DNA from: a virus
IMG/VR virus record: IMGVR_UViG_3300042317_001497
DNA: 64,000 bases
Direction: 5' to 3' (one strand)
Positions within the stretch are counted from its first letter, which is position 1, and each line of letters starts with the position of its first letter. Below the pieces are notes generated by a model. It ran no database searches. It was not told the DNA's origin and saw nothing but the letters and a program-made list of their open reading frames with translations. A program made the position numbers and the translations under genes. Positions 58,520-64,000 of the stretch are shown in pieces.

Positions 58520-61500
58520 ACTCCTGTGAACGATACTTTGCCGAAATCCCAGACATTATTATCTACTGGTTCTGGAGGATTGTATGGGTCTGTGCCTATA
58601 CTAGCTATACTAGCATACATTCCTCCTCCACTGCTATTAATAGCTCTTATTCTAAATATATATCTAGAGTTATTATTTAGTCCAGTTAAAATTTTTGGAG
58701 ATGCGGCTACTATATTATTAATTTCTGAAGTAGCATTAATCCAGGTATTTCCGCCATCAGAAGATCTTTGTATAAAGTATCCCGTTACGCTAGAACTACC
58801 AACATTAGAGGGACTATTCCAACTTAAAGTTGCTTGTAAATTTTGTCTAGTAATTTGTAAATTAGTTGGCGCCCCAGGAACATCAGTATCCGGTGTAACT
58901 TGATTAGAAATTTCTGAAGCAGCTCCATTCCCGATTTCGTTTATTGCAGAAACTCTGAAGTAATAATCTATACCATTAGTTAAACCTGTAATATTGGCGA
59001 ATGTATCAGTTGATGGAGCTTTGTTATATACTGTCCATGTTCCGCCATCATTAGCACTATATTCTATTAGATAATTAGTTATAGGAGATCCTCCGTCATC
59101 AGCTGGAGAGGTCCATGTTAATGATGCAGAAGAATTGCCTTCTACTCCTACTAGCGATGTTGGAGAATCTGGGATGGACGCTGGCGCAGTGGGTACTTGT
59201 GATACCAAATAACCAGAAGCATTAATAGTTAAAGGAGCATTTGGAACAAAAGTATTTACTCCTTGTTTCAATACGATGCTCTGAGTTATCAGACCCTCTG
59301 CGTATATATATTTGTTAACAGTCAAATCTGCATATAGAGCTAATGTTGAAGATCCACTAGGTATACTATTAATGATATAAGGAGTTTTTGTATTGATACA
59401 GGTTTTAGCTGATTCGTCTTTATTAAAACCTATTGGTAAAGTTTTACCTATATCCGAATATCCAGATAAATAAACTCCAGAAATTAAACTTCCAGAAACA
59501 GCATTAGATGTATGAGAATCAACCTTGAATGCTGGGATCAAACCACTAGGCAATCCATAAGAATCTTTACCAAAAATATTCTCTTCATATCTGTTGTATT
59601 GGGTGGGTTTATGTCCATATATGGCAAAGTCTATTCTTTCAGCTAGAGTATTAAATGTGGTAGCCGTATCTGGACGAATACTAATAGTATTTAATGTACT
59701 AGGTTTAAATTTATATGGACTATTCGGATCATCATCAGATTCACATGAAAATCCGCCAACCGCAGAAGGCTCTAACTGCATAGATAAATATCCGCCTCTA
59801 TTAACAGCAAAAGCTACACCAGATACTCCAGAAGCTGTAGACCAAGGAATAACAGGACAGAATCTCATTCCTAGTCCATCGGTTGTTGTGTAGAAAGTGT
59901 CTGTAGACGGAGTAACCGACCCAACACCATCTATAATAAAATCTCCATCAGCCGCTTTAACATAACTAATTTCTCTAGTTTCATTATTTACTACAGCGAT
60001 AGTATCAGTATATGGAAACTCTTTTCGTAAAGTTGCCAAATCTCCTTCTGTAAAAACTATCTCATTATTTTTAACTAAAACTGATCGTTTGAGATATCTA
60101 GTCCATTTAACACCGTCTGCATTTAAATAAGTAGCTGGTTGCCAAAGGGCATCTCCTTCACCATTATGGGTAAGTATACTTCCAGAAAAAAATGGATTAT
60201 CCTCACCTATCTGTATAGAAGCAGTTTTAAAAGAGGTTTTTATTTCTACGCCAGATGGATCCAAAACAATATCTTCATACTGTCTGATAAATTTTTCTGA
60301 ATCCAAATATAAAGGACTTAAAATAGAACCATCAGGGATCTGAATACCAGAACCATCAGATGCTGCTTTGATAAGAAGATTCTGATAAGTATTAGTTTGT
60401 CCCGTATTCTCATCACTATAGAATACTCCGCCAGGATAGTTAGTTACAGGATTACCATCCGGTTTTAAATTAATAATATTCTTTACGCTTAAAGTATCTA
60501 CTATTATCCCGCTAATATTTAATGGTTGTGGAGTTTTAATTAAGACAGCTCCACTAGTAGCTAGTATAATACCAGTAGTACTAATTGTTGTTGTATATGT
60601 TGAACCTCCTAGAGGTATAGAAGGACCTATAGATAATATGCCACTATTCTTAATTAAAGAAACCTTTTTATTATCAGCATCTATTAGATTACTAATTTTT
60701 AAACTATCAGAATATACACAACCGCTTACGCTTAAAGAAGCATAGTTGCCGCTAGATAAAGAATAAGGTAGGTTTCTTTTAACTGTTACTGCAGAGTGGC
60801 CTACTGAAGGAATAGTTTCAACAGGCTGATAATAAGCAGACTTATACCATTCATTCAAAGATGGAAGTCCATATTTTTGAAATCTTTTCTTTTGAACGGA
60901 TGAGTCCTCAACAGATATAGTATATGCCCCGTCATTTAATAAATCTGGATCATATGAGGATCCGGACGGAGCGCCTTGGTCTATCCAATTGATAAATCTT
61001 AGAGCAGACAAATAATCTACATATACAACCGGCTTGTATACCATTCCTGATACTGTAGAGTAGCTATATGGGCCAGAGCCAGATCTTGCTATACCTCCTA
61101 ATAAACCAGACGAAGCCATATTGGAGTTATATAAAGAGTATGGATCCCCAGACAAAGCAACAGAATTTAAAAATTTACAATATTGATTATTAGTTATTTC
61201 TGATTCGGTCATGCCGAAACTATAAGGAACAGAGCCAAGATTAGGAATAGTTAATAGTTCGGGAGAGGATGTATAATCATATAGTCCTGATGTATCCTCA
61301 GGATTATTCACATCATCTACTGATATAAATTTAAGATCTAGTAAATTGGATATATATGCACTACCAGCAGCGTCTAGATTATTACGAACTCTAAATCCTA
61401 TCTTATTATTTTCTGTATTATTTGGGAAGGCTCTGATACTCTTATACTCATTAGCATTAGTGGAATTCCAAGAACCACCAGCTACATATTCTATATTATC

Positions 61501-63699
61501 AGTAGAGTATATTTTATCATTCTCTATCCATTCAGAAACATTATCTCCTTGATCATATGTTCCATAATAACTTTTTGTAATATCATCCCCAACAATCCTT
61601 AATACTCCTGTGGTGCTAGGATTATAGGATGTATATACTCCTTTAGAAGATGATGACTGATTAATATTTGCAAATACCTCTAGAGCTGGAATATTATCTA
61701 TCCCATAAACTAGAAAATTAATATCTTTATGCAGATTATTGAATACCGTATCTGTTTGGGGTCTGATGCTCAGAATATTTGCTGTTGAATCTGAAACATT
61801 GCCGCTTTTAACATATCTGGTATTTTTAAGATACCCGCCCTGAGTTATAGAATAGACCTTAACATTTGCTACAGTATTTACTGTGATATTACTATCTACT
61901 AAAATTGAAATAATATTATTATTTTCTATTTCGATGTCTTTTACTATTCTATAAAAAACATCAGTATCTGTTTCTATAGCAACTTGATCTCCTATAGCAA
62001 ATTCTTTTACAGGAATAGGGTCTATGGGGGCGATTTGTTTCAAACAGACATTTGCTGTTCTTGCGGGATACTGATTCCATGATAGTGATTTTTCAGTAAT
62101 AAAAAACTGTTCCGGAGTTAATGACCCAACTATTAATCCACTAGCACTTGTTGTTAGTATTCTACCAGAAGGAATAGATCCTATAGTAAAAGAAGAATCA
62201 TTTGTAGTTAAAACTCCTGAAGAATTTACCATCAATAACTTATTAGGAGAAATATTTGGTAATGAAAGTGTAGAGATAGAGCCTGAACCAATATTAATTT
62301 TAGTAGCATTGAAAATTCCGGTCATGCTAATATTATTAGTATTAATATTGATAGCATTATTAGTTACAGTAATATTATTATTAGAGTATCCTAAAACACT
62401 AGCTCCTTGATTATTAATTACCAGAGCATTGCCACTAGTATATCCAACAGTTACGGCATTAGGATTTGCTTGTAATACAGAAACTCCGGATCCTGAGCTA
62501 TCCACTAATAATTCAATTTGTCCTTTCGTAGAACCTTCTGTTAAAACCAGGGCTTTAGATTGTAATTTTCCATATTCTACTTTATTTCCCAAATTATTTT
62601 TAGCAGCAAGGGAAAGTGATGAAACAACCGAGTTGGCGTCGATAGAAGATGCTGGTTTATGATATAGAGTTATATTAGCAGGATAGCAAGAACTTCTATT
62701 TTCTAATCTTATACCCTCTTTACAATTATTATTAATTAGATGTAAAACTGTTTGAGGTGTGGCACCAGAAGGAATATTAAGACCAAGTTTACCATCATAT
62801 GTAAAAAATAAACTATTATTAAGTCCTGAGCCCTTAACTAAAAAGTTAGAATCTGTACCATCATTATTTATTATTGTTGGGGAATTGCCAGATGATGGTA
62901 TAATAGAATGTGCAGATGATGATGATGATGATCCAAATAGTAGTTGTCCGTTACTGGACCAATATACATCTGTACCATCTATGGTTCCATCATTATTAAA
63001 TTGTAATGAGCGGTCGTCTCCTGCTCCTTCTACACTGGATATTGTGTATGACCCGTCTGAAAGTCCCATAGCTTTTATGTTTGGTGCGTCTATTTGGTCT
63101 TTAAGTTCTACCCAATCTGTGCCAGTAGAAATAACTTGTGTAAATTTATCGCTACCTGTTAATGTTGTAAGAATTTCATTATTAGATTTTTTAATGATTA
63201 AGTCATTAGATCCAGAACCAACTGTTTTGAATTTAAGTTCTAATCCGGCACATTTTGAAGGATCTGGTAATGAGGCTTCTGAAGCATTATTACTAGTGTC
63301 CACAATATAAACACATCGAATAGAATCAGCAATAAAATTATTGTTTTTTAATACTACATTATTAAAGCCCGTATTAAAATTATATTCGTTTGCGAATATG
63401 TAAAAACTTTTGGTTCCGCCAGCTGAAAAATCAACAAGTTGATCATTATTAGAAGATTTTACAACCTGTACTCTTTCAACACATATAGAAGAATTTACTA
63501 CAACAACCTTACCTATACCAATCTCCCACAATACTTTGCTATTATTAACGTTACGAACCAGATATGGGATATGAGCATTAATATGGTCAATATTTAAAGA
63601 CTTATAACCAGGAAGGGAAGAGCCTATTAAAAACTTATCATTTTGATAAGAAAAATATGAACCGATATTATCAAATATATATATTGGTGAATTAATCAT
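58510..63699 (-). CDS. 1729-aa tail-fibre-like protein with a permuted FGE/CLec domain and two C-terminal FN3 domains
   Basis: WEIGIG...SSNNDQLVDFSAGGTK fibre N-terminus; YGTYDQGDNVSEW/GGSW/IGFR...NEWYKSAY; two FN3 domains (WTSPADDGGSPITNY...YYFRVSAINEIG; WNSPSNVG...YIFRIRAINSSG). Confidence 0.7.
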   Translation of the reverse strand: MINSPIYIFDNIGSYFSYQNDKFLIGSSLPGYKSLNIDHINAHIPYLVRNVNNSKVLWEIGIGKVVVVNSSICVERVQVVKSSNNDQLVDFSAGGTKSFYIFANEYNFNTGFNNVVLKNNNFIADSIRCVYIVDTSNNASEASLPDPSKCAGLELKFKTVGSGSNDLIIKKSNNEILTTLTGSDKFTQVISTGTDWVELKDQIDAPNIKAMGLSDGSYTISSVEGAGDDRSLQFNNDGTIDGTDVYWSSNGQLLFGSSSSSSAHSIIPSSGNSPTIINNDGTDSNFLVKGSGLNNSLFFTYDGKLGLNIPSGATPQTVLHLINNNCKEGIRLENRSSCYPANITLYHKPASSIDANSVVSSLSLAAKNNLGNKVEYGKLQSKALVLTEGSTKGQIELLVDSSGSGVSVLQANPNAVTVGYTSGNALVINNQGASVLGYSNNNITVTNNAININTNNISMTGIFNATKINIGSGSISTLSLPNISPNKLLMVNSSGVLTTNDSSFTIGSIPSGRILTTSASGLIVGSLTPEQFFITEKSLSWNQYPARTANVCLKQIAPIDPIPVKEFAIGDQVAIETDTDVFYRIVKDIEIENNNIISILVDSNITVNTVANVKVYSITQGGYLKNTRYVKSGNVSDSTANILSIRPQTDTVFNNLHKDINFLVYGIDNIPALEVFANINQSSSSKGVYTSYNPSTTGVLRIVGDDITKSYYGTYDQGDNVSEWIENDKIYSTDNIEYVAGGSWNSTNANEYKSIRAFPNNTENNKIGFRVRNNLDAAGSAYISNLLDLKFISVDDVNNPEDTSGLYDYTSSPELLTIPNLGSVPYSFGMTESEITNNQYCKFLNSVALSGDPYSLYNSNMASSGLLGGIARSGSGPYSYSTVSGMVYKPVVYVDYLSALRFINWIDQGAPSGSSYDPDLLNDGAYTISVEDSSVQKKRFQKYGLPSLNEWYKSAYYQPVETIPSVGHSAVTVKRNLPYSLSSGNYASLSVSGCVYSDSLKISNLIDADNKKVSLIKNSGILSIGPSIPLGGSTYTTTISTTGIILATSGAVLIKTPQPLNISGIIVDTLSVKNIINLKPDGNPVTNYPGGVFYSDENTGQTNTYQNLLIKAASDGSGIQIPDGSILSPLYLDSEKFIRQYEDIVLDPSGVEIKTSFKTASIQIGEDNPFFSGSILTHNGEGDALWQPATYLNADGVKWTRYLKRSVLVKNNEIVFTEGDLATLRKEFPYTDTIAVVNNETREISYVKAADGDFIIDGVGSVTPSTDTFYTTTDGLGMRFCPVIPWSTASGVSGVAFAVNRGGYLSMQLEPSAVGGFSCESDDDPNSPYKFKPSTLNTISIRPDTATTFNTLAERIDFAIYGHKPTQYNRYEENIFGKDSYGLPSGLIPAFKVDSHTSNAVSGSLISGVYLSGYSDIGKTLPIGFNKDESAKTCINTKTPYIINSIPSGSSTLALYADLTVNKYIYAEGLITQSIVLKQGVNTFVPNAPLTINASGYLVSQVPTAPASIPDSPTSLVGVEGNSSASLTWTSPADDGGSPITNYLIEYSANDGGTWTVYNKAPSTDTFANITGLTNGIDYYFRVSAINEIGNGAASEISNQVTPDTDVPGAPTNLQITRQNLQATLSWNSPSNVGSSSVTGYFIQRSSDGGNTWINATSEINNIVAASPKILTGLNNNSRYIFRIRAINSSGGGMYASIASIGTDPYNPPEPVDNNVWDFGKVSFTGVCS

Positions 63700-63727
63700 G
63701 GGTTTTCCTTGAAAGAATATGTAAGTT

Positions 63728-63735
63728 TATACACC
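63728..63735 (-). promoter_or_regulatory. GGTGTATA motif, candidate phage-specific promoter
   Basis: Intergenic, 36 nt upstream of ATG 63699, co-oriented. Confidence 0.55.
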
Positions 63736-63792
63736 TTTAAAAATTTAGTTTGGATTGATTGTGTCATATTGATTTACTGGCCAAATATAGGT

Positions 63793-63999
63793 TTATGGTT
63801 TGCCTGCTGGTTTGGAAGGACTTCCTAACTCCACGGCCCCGTCGTTATTTTTTGTTATCACTTTTCTTAATTCGTCTATCTGTCTACCAACTTCTGCTAC
63901 TACGCTAGACGCTATAGTCTGCTCAATACTTTGTAATATACTAGCTCCTTCTTTAAGATTAATATTTACTTCATGAGTAGCACTAATATTAATGGTGGG
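63793..63999 (-). CDS. C-terminal 68 aa of a gene starting beyond the window, possibly a tape-measure-like protein
   Basis: Open frame PTINISATHEVNINLKEGASILQSIEQTIASSVVAEVGRQIDELRK...KP*; the identity is a guess from context. Confidence 0.4.
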   Translation of the reverse strand, partial: PTINISATHEVNINLKEGASILQSIEQTIASSVVAEVGRQIDELRKVITKNNDGAVELGSPSKPAGKP

Positions 64000-64000
64000 A

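Noticed and set aside
48212-63699. A complete diversity-generating retroelement in this window
   Set aside because: I found no reverse transcriptase ORF and no near-identical TR/VR nucleotide pair; the three FGE variable segments are unrelated at DNA level.
587-63792. tRNA or other structured ncRNA genes in intergenic gaps
   Set aside because: The gaps are short (mostly under 100 nt) and AT-rich, with no cloverleaf, T-loop (GTTCRA) context or extended pairing apart from the ssb terminator and the 9670 inverted repeat.
1-64000. Stop-codon reassignment (TAG/TGA recoding as in some large phages)
   Set aside because: Conserved genes are full-length in code 11, and TAG (e.g. 587, 7621, 9663) and TGA end genes at their expected C-termini.
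1-64000. Giant eukaryotic virus (NCLDV) or cellular origin
   Set aside because: Family C polymerase, DnaB/DnaG/SSB/RecA, SD sequences, coupled operons and a sigma70 promoter indicate a bacteriophage; there are no ribosomal or housekeeping genes.

Overview
The window is a 64-kb piece of a large, AT-rich tailed bacteriophage genome (Caudoviricetes, jumbo-phage-like). It uses the standard genetic code and is organised as two convergent arms that meet at 32797/32798. The + arm (1-32.8 kb) carries: the end of a virion fibre gene; a membrane-protein/papain-peptidase cassette; nucleotide metabolism genes (dCMP deaminase, class Ia RNR, MazG-like pyrophosphatase, dNMP kinase); PhoH; recombination genes (RecA, a Rad52-like annealase, a Cas4-like exonuclease); a bacterial-type replisome (DnaB, primase, SSB); and an 8-gene glycosyltransferase-like cluster. 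The DnaE polymerase is split in two without an intein, with a small ORF and a DEDDh exonuclease between the halves. The - arm (32.8-64 kb) encodes very large, probably virion, proteins of up to 2325 aa built from FN3, BspA-LRR, BNR-propeller, Mtd_N-like, Cys-capped Ig-like and FGE/CLec modules joined by Pro/Thr linkers. All three FGE/CLec domains are circularly permuted. A recurring GGTGTATA element upstream of several operons is a candidate phage-specific promoter. I saw no tRNA, rRNA, CRISPR array, intein or reverse transcriptase. All family assignments come from motif recognition by eye, not from database searches. The host (possibly Planctomycetota) is inference only.
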